A stretch of 64,000 nucleotides of DNA, from NCBI GenBank assembly GCA_965644295.1, contig CBFFRP010000296.1, forward strand, positions 1-64,000, given 5' to 3'. Position 1 is the stretch's first letter, and the number at the start of each line of letters is the position of its first letter. The position numbers were made by a program, and so were the translations under genes. The DNA is from Paraphysomonas bandaiensis (lineage: Eukaryota > Protista > Chrysophyceae). Shown here one piece after another: positions 50,497 to 64,000 of this stretch. Below the pieces are notes generated by a model. The model was not told where the DNA came from. It saw nothing but the letters and a program-made list of their open reading frames with translations, and searched no databases.

Positions 50497-53321
50497 ATGG
50501 CTCATACGTTGGAAAAATTCGATGAGGTCAAACCATTTCCAGTTCTTCTTGCTGCACCGAAGAAAGACCCTGGACTTAGTGTACGTTAATCGTTGCTATT
50601 AATCGATGCATTGACGCTTTCATACAGAAAACAAGTCGGCACACAGCCGGTCGGAAACTGAAAACTCAGAAATCGTTACCACTGAAAGTAAACACCGAAA
50701 GCAATGCTCTTCCTGGTATTTTAAAGGCATCGAAAACACAAGTTCTTCCTGCTCAAATGAAGATGACTCCAACCGCTGCGGCTGGCTCCGTGTTTGTTGG
50801 TTTTAATGCGTCTAATATTCACTTGGATTCCGTCAAACCGCAAGTGAAGTCGTCGACAGAAGATATCCTATCCAAGTCACTCAACCAGGTCAACTTAAAT
50901 ACACAAGCAGCGATTCCAAAGAAGCAAGACGAATCTCTGAATGCCCTCCGCTCTTACACATCTTTGATGGATGAGTTTAGCTTGCACAATTTCATGATTT
51001 GGAATGGCAGTGCATTGAAAGACACCCCTGAATTTCAATCGTACCAGAGAACGTACAAGAATCAGTGGAGTTACATTAACTCTGTTATCTTCCAACTTGA
51101 AAAGTTGATGACCGATAACTTCGTCAAGCTTGCGATAGTGTCGGGCGTAAAGGTGGCTGAGTACGCCATACTGAACCTTCCGCAACTCCAACCACATGAA
51201 CTACTGGATTGTGTTTGCAATGCAGATCAGATTCGACCTCAATTGAATTCGTTTGCTGGAGATTCTCAGGATCATATTCTAAGAGCTGCCATCAAGATTC
51301 AAACTCTCGGACGGCGTTGGTTTGCAATGTATCGTTTTAGAAGTTTGAAACGCCGGCTGACTGCAGCAATTACCATTCAGAGCATTATTCGTCGTTTTGT
51401 CCAACGGTGTAAAGCCCACACTCTGTTGCAGAATCTTGCTGCCGTTGCAGAAGAAAGGTGGAAAGCCAACATGAAAGCGTTGATGGAGGACTGGCGACGG
51501 CCGACACCAAGTTCTAATAAAAAGATCATTGTTCATATTCCTTCTGTATCTGCTAGTGAATTCTTTCGGGTTAACATGTCCCATTTGGCTTCCATTCAGA
51601 ACTCCGTGATATCGTTTTTATATCAGCTAGCTGACCCGCGAGTTGAAATTGTATATATTTCTCCATGTCACTTAGGCCCCACGGAAAGAAATTACTTCGA
51701 GAAGTTTTTGGCACTTATGGATATATCTATATTACCTAATCGACTAAAATTCATTGTACCAGAATTGTCAGCCCAGTTACCAGACAGTGTTCCAGTCGCA
51801 CAGGCGTTGTGGTACTCATCGTCTACGCTGAAGAAATTGCGATCGATAATATCTTTTCACCATGGCGACGTGGTGATCATACCTGGCGACCTTGGATGGG
51901 CAGAAAAACGTATCGCTTCATATCTGGGTGTTAAAATGCTTTCTCCAGAGCCCATTGTCGCCCATGAAATGACTTCTCGGTCTCAATCTAAACGGTTATT
52001 TATGGAGGCCAATATGAACATTCCTATTGGGGCACACGACATATACTCTGAGGAGGATATGTTAATATCACTTACGCGCTTGATGGCGTCCAATTTAGAC
52101 ATAAATCGGTGGCTGATTCGTCTTAATGTCGACTACAATGGGGAAGGCACAGCGTATGTGGATGCTGGTAGTCTTCCCATCATACAAGCTCTGAAGCAGG
52201 AGCAGACTGCTCTTATGAATACCAGCATTGACCCGGACTGCTGGTTTGAAAGGCATGTCCAGCTTAACGCAAGGAAGCGTATTCTGGCTGTATTTCAAGA
52301 GACGGATATGGGAATCGTGAAGATATGTCGCGATGACATGTTTCCTAATTGGAAAGTTTTTATGCGATTTGTTGCGGAAGTTGGGGCTGTGGTGGAAGCT
52401 GAACCGCTAGGTTCACAAGGACGGATCGAAAGCTACTGCTTTGTCGACCCATGTGGGGGGTTACACATTTCTAAGGGGTCCGTGGTTGTTGTGGATGAAT
52501 GCTACCAGCGACAGAGTGTTGTACATCCCCAAAATATCATCCATGAGAGGTCTTTGGAAGGCGCTACCCAAGCTATTGTGTCAAAGCTATATGATGTCTA
52601 CGGTGTGATGGGTTATGTAACCGTCTCGTTTTCTGCTTTCTGGGATGCGTACGACCATACACCGAGAATATGGGCGAACGGTATTCGCTTTGGAATGAAT
52701 TCTTCTTTCGGTGCATTTCAGACACTTGGACTTCTTATACGGCCGTTTGATAGTGAGTTGCTTAAACGCCCTTGTCTAGTTCCGCTTCCGACAGATGGTA
52801 AGTGTACCTTTACGTGCTTATGTTCATCCTGGAATGAATTTATTTGTCTTAACCATTGTGCCGTAACTTGGTGTTGCATTCAGGTCGCCATTGTGTTCAT
52901 ATACCCTCTGCGATTCACACGCCACTTTCCGATAGTCGTGATGATGTTTTCTTTCGCCTCTGTAAGATGCATGGCATCGCCTATGATCCTGAGAGGAAGT
53001 CTGGTGTTTTATTTTTTCTCGTTGACAGCATCATTGGTATGTAGCGTGAGGTATCCCTCCTGATATGTAATCGTAGTATAAACAGGTGGTACTCTTAGCA
53101 TGTTGGCAGTAGCAGACACTAAGCTGAAAGCTCTTGAATGTGCAGTGCAGGCGTTGACTTTCATATCTAGAAATTTTGGAAAATGTGATCGTCGTGATCT
53201 TGTGAATGATTGGGCGGGACTGCAGAATATCCTCAGAAATCTCAAGATGTATTCGAAAAGAGAAGCGCTCAAGGCACGGGCGGTGTATGATGAATCCCAA
53301 AAAAGAAGCACCACCTTATAG
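50497..53321 (+). CDS. IQCH: IQ motif-containing protein H (IQCH-like), 4 exons
   Basis: LMDEFSLHNFMIWNG..LKDTPEFQSY, two IQ motifs (AAIKIQTLGRRW, AAITIQSIIRRF), IIVHIPS, PIGAHDIY, FFRLCKMHGIAYD..G. ATG 50497 splices in frame. Confidence 0.85.
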
Positions 53322-53595
53322 GACATGATCATGTATGTCAATAATAGTCGATTGTTAGATTTTAAAGTAATGTGTGGCTGTATATTATTGTTACTAAGAT
53401 CAGTGGTGTGAATTGCTATGGATTTAATTTTATAATGCTATGTTCGTCATTGCAATAAAACATATCGAATTCAGTTTAGAAGGAACGTAGAGTGGGTTAT
53501 AAATCCTGACGACATTCACCATTGTAGCAGAGAGTTAACGCTATTCAGCATGTCAACGAGGCAAGTAACACTACTCTTATATAATAAATAGACTC

Positions 53596-53790
53596 CCTGC
53601 TGAAGTCAAGCATCCGGGTTGTTCACCTTAAGGACAGAGAGCAAAAGTGGTTGAATCTTAGTGCTTACGGTGACACACGAACAGCTTTTTCGTTACGCCA
53701 AATAGTAAGATATCAGAGTTAAGCGCTACTTAGTTATATTGTTTGGCTACATTAGTTCTTACTCTTACACGCCTATTGCTGCTAATCAAG
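53596..53790 (+). mobile_element. Diverged copy of repeat-body end plus LINE 3' tail
   Basis: CCTGCTGAAGTCAAGCATCCGGG...CACCTTAAGGAC joined to AAAAGTGGTTG...ACGCCTATTGC. Confidence 0.7.
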
Positions 53791-54827
53791 ATTTGTAGTA
53801 AAGGCGGCACTACATGAAGCGAATGAATTGCTATGAACTATGAAACTAGTTGATAAACTGAAAAATAGAATATAGTGCATGTATAAGATCGGGACTTTCT
53901 ATCAATATCAATGAAACTACATCACATGTATGATAGAAAGCATCATTTTAATTAATTGAGTGCTGTGTTATTGTTGAAAGTTCAATTACTTAATAGGGAT
54001 AGTTATCTTGATACTAAACTTCACATTTACCAACAATTAGGGTATTACCAATAAGGGTAATACTAAAATATATGATTGCTCAGTTGCCGAAGTATTTAAA
54101 CCTCAGTTCATTTTAAAAGAAGCCTATCAATGTTCTCCAAAAATGGATTCCCGGGTGCTTCCAGAATAGGTTCAACGCCGAGTCTAGGTTCAACAGGAGC
54201 AGCAAGTCAACCCTCAGACCTACGGGGAATATTAGTGCATACTGTGCTTGTGGAAGAGTTTCGATAATATTATACTGATATAAGCATCATAACACAACTT
54301 ACATCTGATTGGAGTTGTGCGTGCAATCTTCACTGGGCCATAAGAATTAAAGCCTATATGCTACATCTCTAATATGCGCCTCATACAACCATGTGGAAAT
54401 CCTCCAGAATTTAGCCGAAACTTACGGTAGCCCTCCTTGAAATATTCATGTATATCCTACGCCATATCTTTAGCCAACAAACATTCAGATATCAGACGAT
54501 ACAAAGGAAAACTTTCATGTCCATATCTCCCTCCAAGTAGTTCGCAAACAGGTAACCCTGCATCTATGCCAATAATACCCCACCATACCATATCCACGGC
54601 ACTCTTTATATACGAATGTCTGTACTCAAGCAATAGTAAACCAGTTTTAAACTGTTCGGCTAACTCTCTGGTGTCCATTATATATGCGCTGCTTGTTATT
54701 CGTTGCAGAGCTCCGGTACACCGGCCTCATGTCATATCTACATAGACCTGAGTTCTTGTTGGGTTCATAATGTGCTGCACATACATACTGGACCTGATCA
54801 TACAGAGTTTCCTTATCTGAAGATATG

Positions 54828-54942
54828 CTAACGACTGCTATCCATGGCTATGATGCTGCGTGATATCTCAAAACTAACGACTGCTATCCATGGCTATGAT
54901 GCTGCGTGATATCTCAACACTAACGACTGCTACTATCCATGG
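54828..54942. repeat. 46-bp tandem repeat, ~2.5 copies
   Basis: CTAACGACTGCTATCCATGGCTATGATGCTGCGTGATATCTCAA(A/C)A at 54828, 54874 and partial at 54920. Confidence 0.9.
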
Positions 54943-55699
54943 AATTATTTCAACTCGCGAATGCTTCCGTAAACAGGCAAGAGAGTATGCAGTGTGTCTG
55001 TACGGAGTAATCACTCGCTCTGCTCCTGTGTATGAGTGAAACTCATGATGAATATGACCGCAATTACCAGTGGGCCAGTGGCATGAATGTAGAGTATATT
55101 CATTTGACAGAAGTGCACATGGAGACCAGCGATGAGGTGTGAATTCACACCACTGGGTTCGGCCATTATGCTAGCTTATATGCACATGGCACAGGAGCTG
55201 ACATGTTGAGAACTGCCATCATCCAGAGTTTTTATTGGATGTGATCCTTGTTTCGAACACCTGTTCGTTATCAGAAAGGTGACGCATCACCCTCCCTATC
55301 GTTCGATCAAGTGGCCCTCCTGTGGGGAAATATGGTTTGCGTTCACATAGCCGTACACCTATAATATGGTTCAGAATGACCTTGATCTACACTGCGACAA
55401 TGTCAATGATATGAACGAAAGAAACGAAGTGATATTCTTCCACTGGCAACCATTTCTTCAACGGATGGAGCTTCAGAAGAATGCGAAGTATAGATACCGG
55501 ATCTCTTTCCAGACTCCCTGCCTGTCTCCAGAAAAAGTAATACTCGATCGATAGTTTTTCCTGACTTTGGGTTTGTCCTAGTTGTGTCGGCCCATGTCCA
55601 TCCCCGGAAGTTCCGGCACAGCACACTTGGAAGGGAGTTTTAGATTTTTTTATGAATCCCGAAGACCTTCTCGCTAGAACAACGCTAGAAACATTCGTA

Positions 55700-56906
55700 A
55701 AAACACTATTTTTCCCCTAAGTACACAACTACGATATACTCTGTGCTGTATTTTTATACATATATAGAGCACATTAAAAGCAACGATGATGGCCAAAACA
55801 ATCGATGGCAGTGTAATTTACAGAGTATTCTTCCGAGTGGTTTCAGAGAATCCTCTCAGTGCTCTGTATCTTATTGTTCGTTGTGCAATGATCTCCTTTA
55901 ACAAGATATACTGCGAGGTTACACGAGTTGTGTGAATCATACAGCCAAGAAGGGCACCAAACATACGGATTTTTCTTGAGAGGAACTCGAGAGAATTTTG
56001 GGAAGTGAGATACTTCACGGGGGCGATTTATTGTCTTTTGTAAGAAAGAAAGTATCTCCTGCTGCAAGGAACTTATTTCGGTGGCTGGACTGGATAGTCA
56101 TGAACGACGAGCCATTTTGTATTGTGGAGAATAAGTATGTTCGGAAGAGATGGAACCAATTTGTACCAAGCCCGCCAGTTATTTGATATGCTGCTACAAG
56201 AATTTCCAGAGCTGCATCCATACCTTTCCCCGAATGCAAGCATAGTTGTCAGTGCAAATTTTGAGAAGGCAGTGGCTAAAATTCAAGGGAACGATGAAAG
56301 AGAGTTGACAGGCAATGAGAGAAGAGCAGTTAGACATGTGCAACTGGATTCATCCATGGAGGTTGGTGTACCCGACAGAAATAACGAGGACGAGAGTGAA
56401 GGAACTGATTTTGCACAGCGTGTTCTGGACAGCGTCGAGGTCACCAAGAGAGCTCGACTTGGTACCTACGAGTCCAACTACCGCTGCTTGCTTCATATTG
56501 AAGCACAATCTAAAGTTGTTGAGAGGCTCTTTAGTCGTGCAACGTTGATTATGACACCTGAGCGTAGAAACATGAATCCATATCGACTAAAATCGGTGCT
56601 ATTCCTACGAGCCAATTACATGTTGTGGGATGTTTATACCATCCATAAAGCCCTGCAAGAAGATCCTGATGTGTCAGTAGAGAGCGAGAAGTAGTTAAAA
56701 TTTGTAGTCTGCTATTTAAATAAAAATTAGCAATTAAGGGAGCACAACAGTATCTATTATATGAGTGGTGCTATCTACTTTAAGTTAGTAGGTATTAATG
56801 GCCATTAATGCGCCATTATAATTGCCGGGACATTTTTCATTAATGCCATTATAATTCCTGGGAGCTGGACTACCATTAATGGCCCATTAATGGTTACCAG
56901 GCCCTG
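55700..56906 (+). mobile_element. Internally deleted hAT DNA transposon with right TIR
   Basis: FRWLDWIVMNDEPFCIVENKY, then RWN, FEKAVAKIQ and the dimerisation domain VERLFSRA..IMTPERRNMNP..LFLRAN..W. TIR ends GGTTACCAGGCCCTG at 56906. Left boundary approximate. Confidence 0.82.
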
Positions 56907-57083
56907 ATTCTACGTACTATTGGAATAACAGGTCATGTCCTTAAAATGACGGGAGCACGGTGCCACTGCCAAAAATAGTTGTAAGAATCCCGATTTTATC
57001 GTATTATTCTACGAAGCAGCAATACAAGGCCGACTTAAGTCTACAGACCAGTAAAATCCAAGAATAATCGACTACATTCCATA
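56775..57083. repeat. 309-bp direct repeat, copy 1
   Basis: Matches 58266-58574 (offset 1491) with ~3 substitutions. Confidence 0.93.
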
Positions 57084-58265
57084 TCAATTAATTGATTTTC
57101 AATTAATTGCAATTCATTGTCAATTATTGAAATTGCAATTTTGTTGAAATTGGGACATCGATTCATAATTGCAATTGCAATTAATTGATATTAAAAATCC
57201 CACCTTTTTATGCTGAAAAGTTGTTAAAAAACGGCATTTGTAGTAAAAATATCCAATTTTTGGATAAAAATCGAAGATTGGTGAAAGACTATAATATCCA
57301 TAGGATTATCTCACATAGTAATTCATTTAATTAATTAGCGATAGGAGCGACAAATTGGCACCAGAAGTCATTGCACGAGTGTTATTTGAGAAAGTAAATG
57401 ATGATAATAATAACGAAGAGGCTGCAATAGAGATTTGTCCTGCAGGAAAGGGGCTCCACATTTTCCGTGATTGATCGCTACTTGCTTCTAATCATATGCG
57501 ATCTTTCGAGTTTGGTTCCGATGTGTTAAAAGTCTAATTGTAGGACTATCCACCTATATACAGAGTATATATATGTATATTATGCCCTGCATTATAAAAA
57601 TAAGTGTAGTACAATTACAGAAGTAAGGTTAACACCAGCTTCACTTCCACGACGTTTGCACATTGATTGACGAACCCTTCATAATGCACCCGATTGTTGA
57701 GCGTCATCTGGGCGACGGTGCTGCTATTATTCATAACGCTGCTTTCGAAAAGGCAGTCGTGAAGATTCAATGTGGCAACGAAGCCTTAACTCGGACGGCA
57801 AAGGATCAAACTAAAATATAGTTGTTCGATGAGGAAGAAGAAGATTATGACGGTGCGAGTCTAGCTCTGAATGACGACGCAGCGCAACGTTTGTTTGATG
57901 GTAGCAGGTAGCGGAAGCGAGCAAGACATAATCAGCAAACTCGTTACGGATGAAACACTTGCATAGCACAACCAATAAGGTTGAGAGGTTGTTCAGTAGA
58001 GCTACGATTGTTCTGACGGGCTTGCTCAAGAGCTTGACTCCTCAACATTTAGTGCTAATTATGTTTTTACTCATGAATCGTTGCCTCTAGAATGAAATGA
58101 CAGTTGAGGTAGCTATATACGCAGCTAGTGTATTTTAGTACTAAATAATTGCAATTAATTCCAGTTAATTGCAATAGTTGAAATTGAGACAGCAAGTAAT
58201 AATTGCAATTATAATTGACTACAACCTGCGTCAATTAATTGACAATTAATTGATACGCAGCCCTG
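57082..58265 (+). mobile_element. Second-family degenerate hAT element; right TIR intact, left TIR missing ~10 bp
   Basis: Ends ...AATTAATTGATACGCAGCCCTG and begins TATCAATTAATTG. Remnant AAFEKAVVKIQ and TNKVERLFSRATIVLT with stops. Confidence 0.8.
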
Positions 58266-58574
58266 CTACTTTAAGTTAGTAGGTATTAATGGCCATTAAT
58301 GCACCATTATAATTGCCGGGACATTTTTCATTAATGCCATTATAATTCCTGGGAGCTGGACTACCATTAATGGCCCATTAATGGTTACCAGGCCCTGATT
58401 CTACGTACTATGGGAATAACAGGTCGTGTCCTTAAAATGACGGGAGCACGGTGCCACTGCCAAAAATAGTTGTAAGAATCCCGATTTTATCGTATTATTC
58501 TACGAAGCAGCAATACAAGGCCGACTTAAGTCTACAGACCAGTAAAATCCAAGAATAATCGACTACATTCCATA
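58266..58574. repeat. 309-bp direct repeat, copy 2
   Basis: Matches 56775-57083. Confidence 0.93.
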
Positions 58575-58608
58575 CCATACGAAAATACACACTGAAATTT
58601 TTATATAC

Positions 58609-60550
58609 TTATGAAGTATTCGCTGGAGCAGAATCCAGTTCTCGCTCAATATCTAACAGCCAATCGTCATCTCCAGACGAGGAACTTTCGTCTTCTATCT
58701 GATCTACAGGAGGATGGTATATTTTGCGACTTTTCCGCCTTCTGATATCATCATCACTGTCACTGTCGCAGGACGAACTATCAGAGGCTGGTAACTTAAC
58801 AGCATTCGATCGCAGAAGTGTACGACGCTGACTACTCTCCTCGCGCTCACGCTTTTTACTTGGAGTGACAGAGATCTCGTTGTCGGAACTCAGGTTCTCG
58901 GTACTATCTGGAATGTTGGGCGCTTCATACATCGGAACTGGCAAAGATGGCGCACTGGATAATAAAAACTTCTCTTCATTTTCTCGGCATACATGCCAAT
59001 GGCAGTGCAGCAACCAGTCTGGATGACAAATGTATACATTCCCTCGCCTCATGCATTCATGTGCCTTGTGAGTTTCAAGAGAAAGAGCAAGCAAATGCGT
59101 AGTATGTGATAAAAGGGTAGTGGACACGACAGCACCAAGCCTGCTCGCCATTTGCCATAAAATATGTTTCTCAGGATGCGGCTCCGATATATTGAGCCCA
59201 GAGAAACACAGCACACAGCCACGTAGGGACTGTTTTCGCATAGCAGATAATATATTTCCAACTGATAGGTCACGATGACCTATAGTGCTGGTGCTATCTT
59301 CAGAAGCATCAGTGCATCGATCCAACTGGGAATAGTACTCATTGTGAATACGCGTCAATACCTCGAGTGCCCTCAGCAATGATCTGCCTTCTTCTTCCTC
59401 CATCCTGTCAAAAGCAACAAGTGGTGGAGGTTCGGTGGATTCACCTGAACCACTGCTGCTAGGTATGGGTTCTGATATCACAGCTTTAGACTGTTCAAAA
59501 GACGATACGCCAGGGGCATTGTTAATCTCTCTGGTGGACTTTGCATCCTTACTTTTCCCCAGTCCAACAGATAACTTAGTCGGAGGAAAGTATATATACG
59601 GCTTAATACAGAGTAAATGAGATTGTTGCTCGCCTCGCCACACATCCTCCCTGTCATCTAACACAATAGCCATACTCCAATCAGCCAAAAATAATCGAGC
59701 CAATGACTTGTCCATGCCAAGCTCAGGTTGGTCAGTTCGGGATACTATCCTCTTTCCGAAATATTTCCCGTCAGGATCCATCATACGACATGCTGCCTCA
59801 GCATATGCACGATTTCCATGGGTATATATCGTCATCTGAAACATGTCATTGCAGTCTCTCAAAAAATGGTCTAATTGAGGACGAAACTTGACATAGTAGC
59901 TGCATGTCAAGAATATTAGAGATATCATGGGAGCAAAAAGTGGATTCATCGGTGGAGTAATACAGCAAAATAAATATATACAAAATATCTCTCTACCTTA
60001 TTTTCCTGCCATTATCTTCCATGTGCAATACTTGTGCTTTGCTCATTATTTCCGGTGAATAAGTATTCGCGGTAGCATGTAAAAGTGTACTATCCAAATC
60101 CAAAACCAATGCAAGTTTCCGTGATTTCCGCAGTGCATCTATTTTAGCCTTTTCGATTCTCCTTGCTTCAGCATTTGAGACATTCATTGACTGTCCTCCG
60201 GAAAGCGTAAGCTTAGCTTGGTGAGACACTTCAGCATTAGAATTCGAGTCTTTTTTCACTGCAGCAGCAGCTAGTTTCATTCCACAAGACACACACATGT
60301 TTTTGAACAACGCGGGGTGGGAACATACTTCTATTTGGGCGATATCACCGCCATCCTTCACAACTTCACCACTGCATAAACACTGCATTTTGAGAAGACC
60401 ATTGGCGTTACAGTAGACGATGAGAGGATCAGAGCAGCCGGAGGGCAACACTCTCGCCAGAGGGGATCCTGCGCTGACACCGTCGTCCACATGCACCAAC
60501 CATTCTACCAGAGTACCATCGCAATTGCTCTGAACTGATTTCAACTCCAT
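58609..60550 (-). CDS. FCP1: RNA polymerase II CTD phosphatase FCP1/CTDP1, 2 exons
   Basis: Biotinyl/lipoyl-like N-domain, CSHP..FKNMCVSCG, LALVLDLDSTLLH (DxDxT), VKFRP, YTHGNRAYA, LDDREDVW and a BRCT domain (THLLA...CHPDWL). Confidence 0.95.
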
Positions 60551-61569
60551 GCCCAGCTGATGTGCGGTTCGTTTTGACGATAATAAGATGCTCAGACTTA
60601 TAAGCGTTCACATGGTGCATATGCGCAGTATTGTGCTGTGCTGTGCTCATCTGACTGATATTTGAATTGAAAACTCACACTTCTACTTTTCGGGATTTCT
60701 GCTCCAGTTATCTCAGATATCCCGATATTTAGGATTGCAGCCGGCTGTATTTTTGACTACTTGTATGCGTACAATGGATGTACAACAGTACACTGTATCT
60801 GATGTGTACTTCGTATCTAGATATCTATACGATTCCTACGTGTGGTGTGTAGGTCTACAGTGTGTAGCAGTATAAGAATAAGAAGAAGAGGAAGAGGACG
60901 CACATCCCACCCCACTTAATATAATCAATGACACGACCAGTGAACCAGAGGATAGCAGTTATTTTCTTCACTGCTTAGAAATATTTTATTCTTGTTTTGG
61001 TTCCGTTCAAGCGCATTTTATCTCTCTATAGAGACAGCTCTGGTCAGTATAGCAGGCTGAGAGCTTCCTCCAGGAGCATCTGTGAACCACATACACGTAT
61101 AACATGAGCACCTGGCATGACATTAATATGGCAGCGGTATTATTAATACTGTAGCGGTATCATTGAAGCTGAGACAGAAACAAATGAAGAACTACTTCGT
61201 TTTCATTGTCTTCATGCTGACGATATAATCTTCGAGCAAATAAAGTTAATTATTGGAACAAGACACCATAAGAACGAGCTATATATACATAGAAGTATAA
61301 AGCTGTCACCCTATTGATGCGCGTAGTCAAACTTGTGTTTCCGATTGGTTGAAATGTGTTCCATAGATTCCAACTGTCAAGAACTCGAAGGCGTTGATGT
61401 TTATCGCCAGTAGGTGTTCTGTATTCTGTGCAGCAATAAAGTCCAGAGTATACAACAACAGGAGTAGGATTGCAATATACAAAGAAAGGTTAGAATTGCA
61501 CATGAAACTGATGAAATAAACCTTTCCTCTTTCCACTACACGTAGAACTTAAACTTGGTTTTAAAAAAA

Positions 61570-62480
61570 TAATTATTACTCTCAACACTAACTCACAGCA
61601 TATTCATATAACATCTGTTCTCAGTAACATCTGTTTGAATATGTTCTATCAAGAGTTTTTGACAAAAGGAGGTTAAAACTTAAATAACTGAATGTAGAAC
61701 TTACTCAATAATCAATTAGTGAACATCTCTTATATTTTCCCTACTACTGCCAATCAATATTATCATATCTTAGATAGACACGAGCTTATACAGTCAAAGT
61801 ATTTCAATTTTTCTAACATAATTAATGTAATATCATTAATAATTATTTGTGTTCTACAGTTTCCAGTTTTGAACAACTGCATTATTTATTATTCAAATAA
61901 ATACTTTACACTCAATCAAAATTCAAAGCTGTAGATAGATTCTTCACATCACGGATATCACTGATTGATACACAATCACGACATTTCAGTTAGCCTCACC
62001 GCAATCAACGCCTTTTGATCATCTACCGTCTTTAGACATACTATCTCTGATAGCTTCCATGAAACTTTTCTGATATTCGCCTATTAGACACCATGGTGAT
62101 TATGAAATACCGGGTTCTCTGCTAGGTCAGGAGCTCGTTTCGGCTATTTCCAGATGAAATGGAGTGGGTTTTGCGCAGTTAATATATCCCAGACGGGCCA
62201 GCACCCCCCGAAGCCACACCAGTTCTTGCATAATAGAGTACATGGCTGGATACTCACTCTTTATTGATGAAAAAGTCAAGACTGTGACTTGTAAAATAGT
62301 TTGCCAGGTAAGCAGTCCTCCCGCTGCAGCACTATAATGCATCTAGTAGTGGATTGGCGAGACACATCTCTAGCCCAATCTGCATCAAAGAAGTTATATA
62401 TGCCTTGACGAGACAACAAAGAAATGCCTTGGAGTTATACTACTAGTGTTCAATCCTTTTGTTCAACTATCCCATTTCAG
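61570..62480 (-). mobile_element. Copia RT/RNase H remnant plus downstream LTR-like sequence
   Basis: FFDADWARDVSRQSTT, SSIKSEY..MQELVWLRGVLA. The region ~61600-61940 resembles the LTR family in reverse. Confidence 0.7.
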
Positions 62481-64000
62481 TTCTCTGAGTATCTGGAAAT
62501 TTGGAGAGCGTATAGAGGCTATGCTGTGAATCTATGGCTTCTACTTACGGCTATTATCACAAGAAGCTGTGATGCAGATGTGTGGTTACGCACATTGTAT
62601 GTGCCTTATAAGAATGTATCTCTGCTTTTTCACATATTATATTATAATTACCACTGTCAACCTTCAATTTTTACGTATCCTGTTTAACTCTTGGACGATC
62701 TCTGACACCTCGACCCTTCTCGTGGCGTTTTCGCTTGTGCATTTTGAGGACGTTCTTCCTCCATAAATTCTTCTATGTGTGGTCCTTCTTGCCACATTTA
62801 GGGTAAGAGCACACCATAAAAGTCGATGTGATGACCAAACCTGGTGAAACGGTGTATAATATATAGTTACGTTGATGTGAGATTTTCATAAGTATTATTA
62901 CAGTAGTTTTATACGAAAAGTAACAATATAATACAATATTTTAGTAAAATCGTTATATATATAATAGATAAAATATAAAACAACTAAATTATAATATAAT
63001 TAACATTAAAATAGACTTCAAATAAGTACTTATATGAAGCATTTTTCCATATAAGAACCTGGTGAAATCACTTTACCAGGTTTCACGATCACACCGACTT
63101 CATATTCAAGTCAAGCGAGCTCGCCACTTAAGGGAATATATATTACCACTTTTGAACAAATTAGTATACAACTGCTCCAAATCCCGTCGAGTTATCAGAA
63201 CAGTTTTTAAAAAATTCAATACATGTGGGGTCACCTTATTATATCGTTTACAAACTCCCCAGTTAACTTTAGAAGATGAAGAACTGCTTGTGTATTTCTA
63301 CGAATTTGTACTGAGTTTTCCTCCGAAATCGCTCCATTCACCTCTTGCAATCAAATCACTGGCCAACAACTCCTTTCAAGGTTCGTCGTAAGCGAACATA
63401 TCCTTCTTCTGAAGAGTTGGTCGACGATCTCCATTGCTTCCGCCACAGGTTAAAATCCCTCGAAGATTGAACTAAAGCAAGTATATTTCCTCTCAAGCCA
63501 TTTGTCGCGATCCTCCTTGTACCTGTTTCGTACAGCTGTTGGCATTATCGGTGGGCCTTACCGGTCGTTCCTCAAGTCCTAAATGGTTTCGATTCTTGTA
63601 CTACGTGAACCACACCCTGATTTTCTAATTAGTCCAGTAATGAGATGGAATTTAGGAAGGTGCTACCATAAGTAAATATTATTATACAAGCGTTGGATAT
63701 TTTCCTCCACGTTTTATACTAGAGTACTTACTAGTACTATGATCACTACGTGTTATATGTCTGTTTTATTGACATAGTTCTTCACTATTTATTTCATTAA
63801 TATAAGTAATACTGTTTCTCAAGTGCTTCATTCTTCATACAACGGTTATAATTCAATGCAGCTTTTGATTGCTTACAACAAATAAACAACACCCAACATA
63901 GAAAACCATACAGTACATATGGCCTAGGCTGATAACATGCATATTTAGCAATCTCAGGCATGAAACAGCTTGGAATATAGTCATTACTTGCAGGAATACT

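Noticed and set aside
54828-54942. CRISPR-like array
   Set aside because: This is a contiguous tandem repeat with no spacers, in a eukaryotic context with no cas genes.
60770-61540. Divergent partner gene for FCP1
   Set aside because: Short coding-like stretches on both strands, but no clean ATG-to-stop spliced model.

Overview
This is the left end of a eukaryotic chromosome using the standard genetic code, with many short 43-60 nt GT-AG introns. TTAGGG telomeres, an IQCH-like gene and gene content suggest a flagellated stramenopile, probably an ochrophyte (inference). A ~1.8 kb (CCCTAA)n array is followed almost immediately by housekeeping genes, with essentially no subtelomere. I can support about 14 protein-coding genes, mostly in head-to-head pairs 320-440 bp apart: DEDDh RNA exonuclease/TyrRS, METTL27-like methyltransferase/RRP45, SRPBCC-like/giant CHAT-STAND protein, orphan/sulfotransferase, NDUFAF8-like twin-CX9C (absent from the ORF track)/NAR1, and serine carboxypeptidase/two-domain N-methyltransferase. 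IQCH-like and FCP1 have no clear partner. AT-rich blocks of Copia, LINE and hAT remnants separate most pairs. The most notable gene is a ~3,150-aa, 13-exon model combining SPRY, UIM/GAT-like, ARM-like, RI-type LRR, an intact caspase-like CHAT protease and an NB-ARC/STAND-like P-loop NTPase, which looks like an inverted NLR-protease. Other notable items: two transposon insertions flanked by very long direct duplications (813 bp and 309 bp), a structured ~190-nt LINE 3' tail that occurs as a dispersed mobile unit, and a (GTAT)59 microsatellite that starts exactly at a predicted 5' splice donor. All calls were made by eye; no searches were run.
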